Shown one piece after another: positions 1-12,964 of a stretch of 64,000 nt of DNA (its first letter is position 1; every line of letters begins with the position of its first letter). Both the position numbers and the translations under genes were made by a program. A model generated the notes under the pieces. It did no database searches and had not been told where the DNA came from. It saw nothing but the letters and a program-made list of their open reading frames with translations. Source of the stretch: Ranitomeya imitator (Eukaryota); contig NC_091284.1 of NCBI RefSeq assembly GCF_032444005.1, forward strand, positions 767,498,001 through 767,562,000, in the 5' to 3' direction.

Positions 1-1931
1 TTATGACACCTCACGGCTGCTCTAGATGTACATGCAAAAAAATGCATGCTCTTCTAAATAAATTTGACTCCTTCTTTGATGCCTATTTATTTTGCCCTTT
101 TTATAAAAAAAAAAAAGAACAGTACATGATCAATAGATGGACACCGGAAGCTGGCCATTTCTATGGGTATTTGTACCATATATAGAGCCAATTTAACATA
201 CCGTAAATATGATTGATGGGGGAACACCGTGGGCTTTTCAACTCATGACCAAACCAAAAGTCAGGCAGACTTTGTGTCAGCATGCCCAATCCTTCTTTCT
301 CTAGAGTCTGACATTGGATACTTTAGGACCATCCCCATTTGCACTCAGTAGTTAGCCAATCTTGCCACCTTGACTGGATTATGTGGGGGGCACAATGTGT
401 CTGTGGCCTCGAGTACTTTTAGCTTCCACCACTCAGTTCCCTCTAACTCTTCCCAGATACAAAATATGGATGTTTAAAGTATGTGGACATTTTCGGGTGA
501 CCATTTTTTCTTTTACATAAGTGTATTATATTTTTAGCTAAACATAATTTCAGCAATTAGGTTTCGTGAAAAAATGTTGCACCATTTGGCTTTTACAGGC
601 TCTTTTTTTTCCATGCATATTGATTGCTGTAGAACAGGTTAACTGAGAATCAGTCAGTGAGCTCACTCTGAGAAGAGTTTGTAATTATTTTATCTGCCTT
701 TTTCTGAACTTTTTTCATTTGATTTATGACCACAGAAAAGACAGAAGTTGAGATGAACTTTGATGTGGTCAGACTCATAAATTAGCTGAAAGGAGCTTAG
801 AAAGCAACCAGTACAAGAGTAATAGTGCTTTCACTCTGTGATCAGGTTCCTGTTCAGTGGCACCATCGGGGCTTAAGTACAAACCCCCCGCAAAACGGGA
901 TTCGGGCCATAGACTATAATGGTGCCGACAGAGCGAACGTGCGAGGAAGGAAGCAAAAGAGAGAACACAGACTTTCTAGCTTGGGATTCTAGCATGGTTT
1001 CTGTAAGGAAAAACATTTCCCTGCCCGTTTCAAAACTTGTTTTACCTCACAGAAAGACTCATCTATGAACCCCTGCTGTCCTGTCTGTATACTCTTTTGC
1101 TTTCTCCCCCAGCCAGGAAATGTAGCATAATCAGACCATGAACTGGAGCAGCTTGTTATGGTCGGACACGGCCATTACACAGTACACAGCAGGGGCACAT
1201 TTATCAGATTATCTCAGCACAGGAACATTTTTTTTCTCACATCAAACTCAGTAACTTTCAGTAATCTTTTTTACTAAGGGTTGAGGCTGTCATTGTGTAT
1301 TGATCCAACACCCCACTCACCTGTGCCAAAGGAAGATGGAGACAAGCAGTTACCCGACACTTCTGAATCCACTTATCTCACGGAAGGAACAAGGGATCTA
1401 TAATCTATAATATGAGGCTTGGAGCGTCACTCTGTCCGAAGCCTTTATAGACTGCGCAAGCGCCGCCGCAGTCTGGACCCCACAGAGTGACGCAGCCCAG
1501 GAGATCGCGGTATGCGTAAGCACTGAACGCACACCGTGATCTCCAACGGAGAAGCAGGGACGTGGCAGGAGGGTGAGTATAAGCTATAGTCACCTGGCCC
1601 GTTCCAGCGCTGCGCGCCGCTCCATCTTCCGGGTCCTCTGCCTGTGACGTTCACAGTTCAGAGGGCGCGATGACGCGCTTAATGCGCGCCGCCCTCTGAA
1701 CAGTCACAGCCAGAGGACCCGGAACACGGAGCGACGCGCAGTGCTGGATCAGGGCCAGGTGACTATAGCAAGTGTCGGGGGCCTGAGCTAGCGGCGACTC
1801 CGGCACCTGACCCCCACAGCGCACCGGTGTCCCCGCCTGCTCAGGCCCCCCAGCACTCGGCGCCCAGCGACCATAGGTGAGTATGTTATTTTTTTTTTTC
1901 ATATATCGCAGCAGTATATGGGGCATATACA

Positions 1932-2895
1932 ATGGAGCATCTTATGGGGGCCATAAACCTTTATGGAGCAGTGTACGGAGCATATACTATGGAGCATCTT
2001 ATGGGGGCCATAAACCTTTATGGAGCAGTGTACGGGGCATATACTATGGAGCATCTTATGGGGGCCATAAACCTTTATGGAGCAGCATACGGGGCATATA
2101 CTATGGAGCATCTTATGGGGGCCATCAACCATAATGCAGCAGCATACGGGGCATATACTATGGAGCATCTTATGGGGCCATCAACATTTATGGAGCAGTA
2201 TACGGGGCATATACTATGGAGCATCTTATGGGGGCCATCAACCATAATGGAGCAGTGTACGGGGGCATATAATATGGAGCATCTTATGGGGGCCATCAAC
2301 CATAATGGTGCAGCATACGGGGCATACACTATGGAGCATGTTATGGGGGCCATCAACCATAATGGAGCAGCTTATGAGGCATATACTATGGAGCATCTTA
2401 TGGGGCCATCAACATTTATGGAGCAGTATACGGGGCATATACTATGGAGCATCTTATGGGGGCCATCAACCATAATGGAGCAGTGTACGGGGGCATATAA
2501 TATGGAGCATCTTATGGGGGCCATCAACCATAATGGTGCAGCATACGGGGCATACACTATGGAGCATGTTATGGGGGCCATCAACCATAATGGAGCAGCT
2601 TATGAGGCATATACTATGGAGCATCTTATGGGGGCCATCAACATTTATGGAGCAGTATACGGGGCATATACTATGGAGTATCTTATGGGGGCCATCAACC
2701 ATAATGGAGCAGCATATGAGGCATATACTATGGAGCATCTTATGGGGGCCATCAGCGATAATGCAGCAGCATACGGGGCATATACTATGGAACATCTTAT
2801 GGGGGCCATCAACCATAATGGAGCAGCATATGAGGCATATACTATGGAGCATCTTATGGGGGCCATCAACCATAATGGAGCAGCATATGGGGCAT
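1932..2895. repeat. 57-bp minisatellite inside the Helitron
   Basis: Unit ATGGAGCATCTTATGGGGGCCATCAACCATAATGGAGCAGCATATGGGGCATATACT, giving a 19-codon repeat in ORF 1932..3152; about 17 copies. Confidence 0.9.
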
Positions 2896-2899
2896 ATGG

Positions 2900-3722
2900 A
2901 TGGGAGCAGCAAATTACAGAACGGGGGTGCAGGATGGCAGCAGCACATGACAGAACGGGGGCGCAGGATGGGAGCAGCACATTACAGGATGGGGGCGCAG
3001 GATGGGAGCAGCAAATGACAGAATGGAGGTGCAGGATGGGTGCAGCATGTCAGAATGAAGGCGCAGGATGGCTGCAGCACATGTCAGAATGGGGGCGCAG
3101 GATGGGAGCAGCACATGTCAGAATGGGGGCGCAGGATGGGAGCAGCACATGACAGAATGGGGGCACAGGATGGGTGAAGCACATGACAGGATGGGGCGCA
3201 GGATGGAGCAGCACATGACAGGATGGGGGCGCAGGATGGGTGCAGCACATGACAGGATAGGGGCGCAGGATGGAGCAGCACATGACAGGATGGGGATGCA
3301 GGATGGAGCAGCACATGATAGGATGGGGACGCAGGATGGAGCAGCACATGACAGGATGGGGGCACAGGATGGAGCAGCACATGATAGGATGGGGACGCAG
3401 GATGGAGCAGCACATGACAGGATGGGGACGCAGGATGGAGCAGCACATGACAGGATGGGGACGCAGGATGGAGCAGCTCATGACAGGATGGGGACGCAGG
3501 ATGGAGCAGCTCATGACAGGATGGGGACGCAGGATGGAGCAGCACATGACAGGATGGGGACGCAGGATGGAGCAGCACATGACAGGATGGGGACGCAGGA
3601 TGGAGCAGCACATGACAGGATGGAGATGCAGGATGGAGCAGCACATGACAGGATGGGGACGCAGGATGGAGCAGCTCATGACAGGATGGGGGCACAGGAT
3701 GGGAGCAGCACATACCAGGATG
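2900..3722. repeat. ~33-bp minisatellite inside the Helitron
   Basis: Unit GGATGGAGCAGCACATGACAGGATGGGGACGCA (11-codon MEQHMTGWGRR repeat), with length variants toward 2900. Confidence 0.9.
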
Positions 3723-4527
3723 GAGACCATATACCAATATAAATGCTCGCCACCCGGGCGTAGAACGGGTTCAATAGCTAGTAAGATATGTTAAAATATA
3801 ACATTACACATCCCTTATATAAAGACTGACCTCATGAATATTACATTGTCCTTACATCCTGTTGACATGTACAGCATAAATGTTGACACTGCTACTGTGG
3901 CGCAGTACCAAGCCCAATCATGGCTCAGGGCTTCCAACAAGCCGGACTGGCGAAATAGAATGTACATCATAAACTTTCAGTTTTATGAAGTTTCCGTAAA
4001 ATTAATTTATCTTACCTAAAATAGGGTTTGGGCTTCATTTCTTTTTATGAATGTATTATATGAAAATACAATTTATATTATTATTATTATAAATTATATA
4101 AAATATTAAGAAAATAGGTCAGCTTGAGAGAGTCTTTACTGGCAGCGTTAATGTTTCCTAATAATTATTTACCAGTATTTTACACTATATAAACAGTTCC
4201 TATTATTTCACATACCGTATGTGGTATTCAGCTGCCCTGGAAATAGAAAAATCAGACTTTGTGTTCCCTATATGTACATTGTACAAGCTTTGTGTTCCCA
4301 GTATTCACCGTAACAGTGTGGTATCTACATATTACTAGCAGCTTGTTTCTGTTATCTGATTAAACATTTTTCCTACACAAGAAAACACAGTATATCGCTA
4401 TTAAATACCATTCCGTGGCCATATGTCACTTGGTGGGTGCACAGGACTTATTCCCAAAGTAGGGATAGTTTATAAAATATAAGCTGGATATAACTCATTG
4501 TGTGATCTGAGTGATAAGTCTGATATA

Positions 4528-4750
4528 CGGCGGGTGAAATAAGTGTTGAACAAGTCTCCAATTTTCTAAGCATATATATTTCTAAAGGTGCTATTGACAT
4601 TAAATTCTCACCAGATGTCGGTAACAACTCATCCAATCCACACAGGCATACAGATCATGGAGGTTGAGTGCGTTATTTATAGTTTTCTTGGAAATAATTG
4701 TACCTGCTGATTCCAGGTCTTTCTGTAGCTCTCCATAGAGCTTTTCACTA
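4528..4750 (-). mobile_element. Tc1 remnant (one TIR plus transposase fragment, ZB-like)
   Basis: TA|C(G)GCGGGTGAAATAAGT TIR-like start. The minus-strand peptide GELQKDLESAGTIISKKTINNALN resembles the second HTH region of DD34E Tc1 transposases (recalled). Confidence 0.6.
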
Positions 4751-5879
4751 TCAAGCCGACATGTGCTGCTGGCCTCTGGGTCCACATCCAACTGAAATAA
4801 GCGCTGACAGAGCCTGTCGTGATCATAACCCCTTTGATTGCTAACGTTATGCCTATGGTTTGATACAGTAATAGAGAACTTTTAATTTTCAGGTTAGTTT
4901 CTCCTGAATATTCCAATCTGTTTCCCGTCAGTTACTTCTACTCCTCCCTGTAATGGGCTGATGTTTGGACGCTGCCTGTGACATGCATGTGCTGCATAGA
5001 GCACGCAGCTGTCACATTTCCTGGGCCTTACATTTGATTGAATCGTGACTCTCCAGCCAGCACCCTTCTCACAGTTTGAAGTGATTTGTATACCTTTTAG
5101 CTTCTGATATATTTTCTAGTAGTTGGAATAGAGATCATCTCAATAATTTGGTTGCAAAAAAAAACCCCCTTCAATCATACATAAACACTTTTGGTATCTC
5201 TATGGGCACTTATGTATAAAGAGTTTATATAAAGGTATGTGTGGTGTCCCTAGCTCGTAGTGTTTCATAAAATCCTCTCATTTCACAAATACTGATTTGG
5301 AAAGTTTGCACAAGGGCCGAAATGTGTTTCTCGTTACAGTCAGCACCAAAAAAGACAGACACTAGACCAAAAAATAATAGGCCTGGAGGATTGCAGACAT
5401 GTCTAGAAGCAGCGGGGTTGCAGAGGATCAGAGGATTGCGTGCCTGTGCTTTGTCTGACAGCAGGAAACTGTGCTACTAGAGCACTGGACGTGCGCCATT
5501 ACAGGCATCTGGCTTATGATGATGCGTGAAAATAGATTTCCAAAATAATTGATATGAAATCCCTGGAATGCTGAACTAATAGGAGTAGGTGGTGGAGCTG
5601 AACCATCATATCAACATTCCTGCTGATGTGCAGCAACCAAATGGGTCCAAGCAGTCGATAATATTGAGCAATGAGATGAGTTTAGGTAATTAACACAAGA
5701 ACTTTACATAAAATCGCTATACACCAGGTTTAATATTCATTTGATGGTTACACCATACATTATACTGTAATTACACCTTGCAGCCATGTAAGTTACTCTG
5801 TATATTATGGGGATATATCATTAAATTTGTTTTTTTCCACCATGTTTACACCATACTTTGTAGTCACATAATACAACTG

Positions 5880-7125
5880 TCCGGTTTCAGCCATGTAAAT
5901 GAGCACCTTGTATTTCTGTGTCTTGCTCAGTTGTGGTCGGTTTCAGGCTTTTCTTACCTCGGCCATGTCTCTGAGCACTGAACACCTTGTTCTTCTGTGT
6001 CTTGTTCAGTGGTGGTCAGTTTGAGCCTCCTTACCTCGGCCATGTCTCTGAGCACTGAATACCTTGTTCTTCTGTGTCTTGCTCAGTGGTGGTCAGTTTG
6101 AGCCTCCTCACCTCCCATGTCTCTGAGCACTGAATACCTTGTTCTTCTGTGTCTTGCTCAGTGGTGGTCAGTTTGAGCCTCCTTACCTCGGCCATGTCTC
6201 TGAGCACTGAATACCTTGTTCTTCTGTGTCTTGCTCAGTGGTGGTCAGTTTGAGCCTCCTTACCTCGGCCATGTCTCTGAGCACTGAATACCTTGTTCTT
6301 CTGTGTCTTGCTCAGTGGTGGTCAGTTTGAGCCTCCTTACCTCGGCCATGTCTCTGAGCACTGAATACCTTGTACTTCTGTGTCTTGTTCAGTGGTGGTC
6401 AGTTTGAGCCTCCTTACCTCGGCCATGTCTCTGAGCACTGAATACCTTGTTCTTCTGTGTCTTGTTCAGTGGTGGTCAGTTTGAGCCTCCTTACCTCGGC
6501 CATGTCACTGAGCACTGAATACCTTGTTCTTCTGTGTCTTGTTCAGTGGTGGTCAGTTTGAGCCTCCTCACCTCCCATGTCTCTGAGCACTGAACAGCTT
6601 GTACTTCTGTGTCTTGTTCAGTGGTGGTCAGTTTCAGGCTGTGTGCACACGATGTGGATTTAGTGCGGATCCGCAGCGTTTTTTTGCGCACAGATCCGCA
6701 AAATGATTTACAGTACAATGTAAATCAATAGAAAAAAAAATGCTGTGCTAACGGTGCGGAAAAATCCGTATGAAAAACGCTGCGGATCAAAAGAAGTAGC
6801 ATGTCACTTCTTTTGTGCGGATCTGCAGCGTTTCTGAACCATTCCATTATAGAAATCCGCAGTGGTAAAAAAACGCATGAAATGTGCACAAAATCCGCAT
6901 AAAAAACGTGTCAAATCTGCACCTGCATTTTCTGCCCGGAGATGTAGATTTTGTGCAGAAAATTCTGCACCCCAATCCGCAACGTGTGCACATAGCCTTA
7001 GCCTCCTTACCTCGGCCATGTCGCTGAGCACTAAACACCTTGTTCTTCTGTGTCTTGTTCAGTGGTGGTCGGTTTCAACCTCCTTACCTCCCATGTTTCT
7101 GAGCACTGAACACCTTGTTCTTCTG
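5880..7125. repeat. ~77-bp tandem repeat, about 11 copies, interrupted by a MITE
   Basis: ACCTTGTTCT recurs at 6061, 6136 and 6213 (periods 75 and 77). The array resumes after 6997. Confidence 0.9.
6637..6997. mobile_element. PIF/Harbinger-type MITE
   Basis: TIRs GGCTGTGTGCACACG / CGTGTGCACATAGCC, flanked by TCA and TTA (3-bp TNA-type TSD with one mismatch). Confidence 0.75.
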
Positions 7126-7875
7126 TGCAGGGCCGGATTTAAGAGGTGTGTGGCCCGGGGCCCATTTTGGACTGAGGCCCATTTTTCAAGGTAATTAAAT
7201 ACAAAATCTCAGATACAGATACCATAATAATAGTCCTCGGAAACCATCCATAAATTACTTGGGATAATACCCTGTGAAGCTTCCCAATAGCATAGAACAC
7301 ATGACTTGAAGCATAAAAATCATAAAAAAAAGGTACTAAGCAAAAAGGTACATTTTATTTACCATAGAAAATTACCATAAAATACAATTAAATGACAATC
7401 AAAATCCAAGTATCATGAACAGAGCTATTTGAATATACGGTACAGGTGCACCCATGAAAAAATGTGTTGCACCACAGAAACAGGGTATGGGCACAGAGGT
7501 AATAAAGCAGAGCAAGATTTTTTCAATATAACCAGCAATATTAGAATAATAAAGTGCCAGTGCATAATATCCAGAGTGGCTACAGTCCTCTAGTAACATA
7601 TGGGTATGGAGAAACACATATCCCTCAATTCAAAATCTGTCTCGGACCGCATAGTAAGAAACCCATCATGTAAAAGAACAAGAATTAACTGGCCCCCCGA
7701 GGAAGCTGAAAACAAAACTCGTGTCAGGGCGCGTGTGTGCACCTATGGAAAAGGATATGGGTAAGAATATATAATTGGAACACTTGTGCTTGGGGGTCCT
7801 CCCAGTATTTTTTAGTGCTCGGAGATTTAGTTTTTTTTACCGCAGCTGAATGATTTACATCTGTTAGCCAGCATA

Positions 7876-9481
7876 CAGTGGGGCAAAAAAGTATTTAGTC
7901 AGTCAGCAATAGTGCAAGTTCCACCACTTAAAAAGATGAGAGGCGTCTGTAATTTACATCATAGGTAGACCTCAACTATGGGAGACAAACTGAGAAAAAA
8001 AAATCCAGAAAATCACATTGTCTGTTTTTTTAACATTTTATTTGCATATTATGGTGGAAAATAAGTATTTGGTCAGAAACAAACAATCAAGATTTCTGGC
8101 TCTCACAGACCTGTAACTTCTTCTTTAAGAGTCTCCTCTATCCTCCACTCATTACCTGTAGTAATGGCACCTGTTTAAACTTGTTATCAGTATAAAAAGA
8201 CACCTGTGCACACCCTCAAACAGTCTGACTCCAAACTCCACTATGGTGAAGACCAAAGAGCTGTCAAAGGACACCAGAAACAAAATTGTAGCCCTGCACC
8301 AGGCTGGGAAGACTGAATCTGCAATAGCCAACCAGCTTGGAGTGAAGAAATCAACAGTGGGAGCAATAATTAAAAAATGGAAGACATACAAGACCACTGA
8401 TAATCTCCCTCGATCTGGGGCTCCACGCAAAATCCCACCCCGTGGGGTCAGAATGATCACAAGAACGGTGAGCAAAAATCCCAGAACCACGCGGGGGGAC
8501 CTAGTGAATGAACTGCAGAGAGCTGGGACCAATGTAACAAGGCCTACCATAAGTAACACACTACGCCACCATGGACTCAGATCCTGCAGTGCCAGACGTG
8601 TCCCACTGCTTAAGCCAGTACATGTCCGGGCCCGTCTGAAGTTTGCTAGAGAGCATTTGGATGATCCAGAGGAGTTTTGGGAGAATGTCCTATGGTCTGA
8701 TGAAACCAAACTGGAACTGTTTGGTAGAAACACAACTTGTCGTGTTTGGAGGAAAAAGAATACTGAGTTGCATCCATCAAACACCATACCTACTGTAAAG
8801 CATGGTGGTGGAAACATCATGCTTTGGGGCTGTTTCTCTGCAAAGGGGCCAGGACGACTGATCCGGGTACATGAAAGAATGAATGGGGCCATGTATCGTG
8901 AGATTTTGAGTGCAAACCTCCTTCCATCAGCAAGGGCATTGAAGATGAAACGTGGCTGGGTCTTTCAACATGACAATGATCCAAAGCACACCGCCAGGGC
9001 AACGAAGGAGTGGCTTCGTAAGAAGCATTTCAAGGTCCTGGAGTGGCCTAGCCAGTCTCCAGATCTCAACCCTATAGAAAACCTTTGGAGGGAGTTGAAA
9101 GTCCGTGTTGCCAAGCGAAAAGCCAAAAACATCACTGCTCTAGAGGAGATCTGCATGGAGGAATGGGCCAACATACCAACAACAGTGTGTGGCAACCTTG
9201 TGAAGACTTACAGAAAACGTTTGACCTCTGTCATTGCCAACAAAGGATATATTACAAAGTATTGAGATGAAATTTTGTTTCTGACCAAATACTTATTTTC
9301 CACCATAATATGCAAATAAAATGTTAAAAAAACAGACAATGTGATTTTCTGGATTTTTTTTTCTCAGTTTGTCTCCCATAGTTGAGGTCTACCTATGATG
9401 TAAATTACAGACGCCTCTCATCTTTTTAAGTGGTGGAACTTGCACTATTGCTGACTGACTAAATACTTTTTTGCCCCACTG
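7876..9481 (+). mobile_element. Full-length Tc1 transposon (IR/DR type), 1606 bp
   Basis: TA|CAGTGGGG...CCCCACTG|TA. TIRs of about 208 bp (7876-8083, 9274-9481) look identical by eye. Outer AAAAAAGTATTTAGTCAG and inner AAATAAGTATTTGGTCAG direct repeats are present. Confidence 0.97.
8243..9265 (+). CDS. Intact Tc1 transposase, 340 aa, DD34E
   Basis: Paired-like HTH N-terminus with GAPRK linker; [14 protein letters not shown] and [15 protein letters not shown] motifs; 34 residues counted between the second D and E; no stops or frameshifts. Confidence 0.97.
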   Translation: MVKTKELSKDTRNKIVALHQAGKTESAIANQLGVKKSTVGAIIKKWKTYKTTDNLPRSGAPRKIPPRGVRMITRTVSKNPRTTRGDLVNELQRAGTNVTRPTISNTLRHHGLRSCSARRVPLLKPVHVRARLKFAREHLDDPEEFWENVLWSDETKLELFGRNTTCRVWRKKNTELHPSNTIPTVKHGGGNIMLWGCFSAKGPGRLIRVHERMNGAMYREILSANLLPSARALKMKRGWVFQHDNDPKHTARATKEWLRKKHFKVLEWPSQSPDLNPIENLWRELKVRVAKRKAKNITALEEICMEEWANIPTTVCGNLVKTYRKRLTSVIANKGYITKY

Positions 9482-10059
9482 TAAGTACATGTGGGGATTC
9501 TCTAGCAACCAGGCAACCCCCACATATACTTATGCTGGCTAACAGATGTAAATGATTCAGCTGCGGTAAGAAAAACTAAATCTCCGAGCACTAAAGAATA
9601 CTCGGAGGACCCCCGAGTGTGCTCGAGAAATCTCGAGTAACGAGTATATTCGCTCATCACTAAAAATGATCCATTGGTAATTTGCGTTATTTCTCGATAC
9701 TTTTTACCTTTCCTGGAATTTATTCAATATGGGTTGTGCGAACACCACCGGCTTATTCCAGGCAGACCGGCCACAAATGAACTGGCGGAGTTTGGCTTAC
9801 ACCTAGTGTGGTGCCTGCATATTGCACCACTGGCCCTGGTGGGCGGTATATATTATGCTTTCACCCACTTTCTATCCAAAGTATTCTACCTTAGAGGAGC
9901 GCCACTCTACTGTTTTTTCTCTAAACCGTTAGATTAGGCTCAGGAAGAGTTCGGCTGGGGGTACGGACCTTAATGAGGCCAATAGTAGAAGGGGCCATTA
10001 TAAGCCCATATATTAGAGAGATTTGGCTCCATCGAGTGGAGATACTTGACCGGCAATGA

Positions 10060-10535
10060 TGGCACAACCTGTCAGAAACTTTTACTTCCTCCAACGCATG
10101 TAAATGACCGTGCAGTCCTTTGAAAGATAAGCAAGATGATCCCTTTATGACCCCAAAACAAAGTTTTGACAGCGAGAAATCACATTTTGAAGTTCTGTAA
10201 AGATGTCTCTAGAAGAGCATTGTTTCGTGATGATGCCCTTATAGCTCCTGCGCCTCACGCCGTATTCCCTGCCATATATCGGAGCCAACGACCTGTCAAC
10301 TAGCCAGAGGAGCGTGCTGCTAGGTAGGAAAATACAGCGTGAGGCACAGGAGCTGTAAGGGCATCATCACGACCCAGAGCACTTCCAGACACAGGTATAC
10401 AGAACTTCAAAACATGATTTCTCACTCCCAGAGCTTTGCTTTAGGGTCATGAAGGAATCAACTTGCTTTTCTTTTAAAGTTTAATGGGCTATACAATTAT
10501 TTTAATGGTTAGAAGTTTTTGACAGGATCCCTTTA
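10060..10535. mobile_element. Palindromic T2/Kolobok-type MITE (degenerate)
   Basis: Internal inverted arms (about 10130-10280 and 10320-10470). Right end TGACAGGATCCCT|TTAA; left end eroded. Confidence 0.55.
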
Positions 10536-12964
10536 ACCGCTACTGATTGTCCAACACAGCCGATAGGTTTGTTACACCATGGTGATCTCCAAACCTTCAG
10601 GAGGAGAACACATGTCATTATCTATTTGCTATGTGCCTTCTCCTGAAGGGGTTCATTGGCTGGAAAAGTGCTTATGGTGGCACGTAGGCAGGAATGGCTG
10701 GGAGGTGGTTGGTTAGGGGTGCTGTTCAATCATGGGGTGCTGGCAGAATTAGGGGAGTGTTCTGCTTGGTGATCACCCCGATTGGATAAGCTATGTGTAA
10801 ATAGTAGCGGGTGATGGGGTATAAGGGAGGGAGCGATGGCGCCGCGGGTGCGTTGCTGAAAGAAATTCACCTGTGCAGCTGCTACAACGACCGCCCGCCC
10901 TCTCAATTGTCACGGCTTGGCGGTTAGTCATTCAGGGAGCTGTGCTGTAACATCTGGACGCTGCGGGTTGGACACTGCACAAGTACGCAGTATCCAACCC
11001 GCAGCGTTTACTGACTGTGTGCATCTACCCCAAAAGGCTGTGGCCAAAAAATTTTTCCTCCAAAGTCAATGTGTCTGAGTTGTCTATTTTACGTAATTTG
11101 AGTGGGAAGGTATTTAGTATAATGCAAAGTGATAGGACAGCTGCAAGGCATTAAGGGGAAGCCGGACCCGCCATGTCAGAGGTCATGTGATCCTTCTCTG
11201 CTGGATGCAGTCTTCATCAACCTGTAAAATGGTGACTGACACTTTTTGGCGATTTTCAGAAATGCAATCATAATATGTTCGAATTCAGAAAATTCTTTGA
11301 AATCTGGAATACAATCAGCATCAAACCAATTCTCTCATCTCTGTAAATGCCTCTGTGGATATGGCTGCGACAGAAACGCCCCACGAAAGCCTCCAGCAGC
11401 GTTGAAGCAAATGGAGAATCCCTATTGTCATCTGACCCATCACTGTTTCCTGCCAGTCTCCGCACAGTCCGGCTTACTGTGCTGAGGTTAGGCCCATCTG
11501 ACCGCACATTGGGCTTTTAAATTCATCTTAATCTTTGGGGTTTATTTTTTAAGGACTTGCAGATTTCACTTTTGATCCGCAGGTGATTTACTGGACAGTC
11601 TGTATTAATCTGAGGTTTGTTGTGGATTTTGACTTCCTAAATTAACTCAGTCGCACCAAACACCGACAGGCTCTGGATTTAAATAAATCAACATTAAATG
11701 TCCCTACAGAAAATCTGCAATTCCCCCAGGTGTGAACAAGCCCTGAACGTGACAGAAGCACAAAGCATTGTGCATTGCAGATGTGTTTATTAAGGGTGAA
11801 CTGATTACAGGGCTTATCCAGGACTACTATGGGGCTAAGAACTACCTACCTGTTGTGCACGGTGCCTATCTCTGCCCACAGACCACTCCTGCAGGGATTA
11901 AGCGGCTTCTGCTGACATCATGTCGACAAGTCTCTTCTCTTCCGCTCTCTGTTGATAGAGAATGGCTGCCAATGTCATGCTGATTGACAGCCGGCTCCCC
12001 GCAGCTTAACTGCAGGGAGCCACCTATCAATCAGCATGGCGCCTGCAGTCACACCCTGTCGGCAGAGCGGAGTGGAAGAAGAGTTGGTCTGTTGATGTGG
12101 AGCAGCTAAACCTCCGGCAGGAGCAGTCAGTGACCGCTGAGTCTGCGTTGTGTAGAACAGGCAGGTAGTTGCCTCCATTATCAACTTTTACCTGCCTGTT
12201 AGATTTTAGGCCCATAGTAAAAAAAAAAAGGCCTGGATTAACCAAATAAATGCTCCTACCCATCAAGTGCCGCTGTGAAGTGCAGCTTCATGTTCCCTCC
12301 ACCACCACCTTTACAGACAGAGCCAGTAACAGTTGATGGGTGGGGGGTGTCAGTGTCGGACCACCATCGATCTGATCTCAATGACCTATCTTGTGGATAT
12401 ACTGTTTGCCTGTATAACCATTTAAGTAAAGCAAGAATTTAAGGAATTTTCTGCAAATAAACAACCCTCAGCCTGATACCAGCACCTGCTCACACTGCGG
12501 GGTGGACCTGACATCCTGTGACCCCCTAAATATGGCTGCTGAGCTCATATGTCACCATAAGCAGAACACATCATGGGATCTGAATCTGATCCCAAGAGCA
12601 GCGGGGAAGACGCCATCGGCAGAAAACAGGAGCCGAATTTCAGTTCAGGGTACATTACTACGTTTTTTAGCTTACAATATATGGCAGGGTTTTAGGGGGG
12701 CATGCTCGTTTACTGACATAAGTTTGCGTTTTTGCAGCACCACCACCACATATGAAACTACCTTGATATAGGATGGCGCCGCCATTGCATGCTATAATAT
12801 TAACCCCTCGCATCCAGTTACCAGACAAACACGTCATGTGAAAATAAATACTTTATATTTAGGATGTGTGCATGCCGCCATACACACTGGAATGTCAGTA
12901 CAAAAATAAATTATTCTATAAATGTAGTAAAAAAAAAAAAAGTCTTTAGTACAGAGGCTCTCGG

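Larger units (their letters stand above)
1397..3781 (+). mobile_element. Non-autonomous Helitron-like element carrying internal minisatellites
   Basis: 5' TC after A1396 (a|TCTATAATCT; 1404 is an alternative start). 3' end has a short hairpin ACCCG-GGCGTAGAA-CGGGT (3752-3770), then CTAG (3778-3781) followed by T. No TSD and no Rep/helicase ORF. Confidence 0.7.
7775..9662. mobile_element. Palindromic MITE with an hAT-like terminus, host of the Tc1 insertion
   Basis: Arms 7792-7875 and 9535-9612 are reverse complements. Right end GAATATACTCG...CGCTCATCACTA (reverse complement TAGTGATGAGCG). Left end appears truncated. Confidence 0.6.

Noticed and set aside
1932-3794. Long ORFs of 406, 224, 226 and 217 aa
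   Set aside because: They are translations of 57-bp and 33-bp tandem repeats, open on both strands, with no domain signature.
3856-3946. Possible 91-bp minus-strand exon (ttcgccag|...|gtaagg) reading SGLLEALSHDWAWYCATVAVSTFMLYMSTG
   Set aside because: Splice signals are plausible, but I recognise no protein and found no partner exons; it needs BLASTX or RNA-seq.
5880-7125. CRISPR-like appearance of regular repeats (also 38115-40672)
   Set aside because: Units are contiguous with no unique spacers, there are no cas genes, and the context is eukaryotic.
11246-11507. Overlapping ORFs in unique sequence downstream of RASL11A, checked as LNX2 or GTF3A exons
   Set aside because: No PDZ, RING or C2H2 signature in any frame I read.
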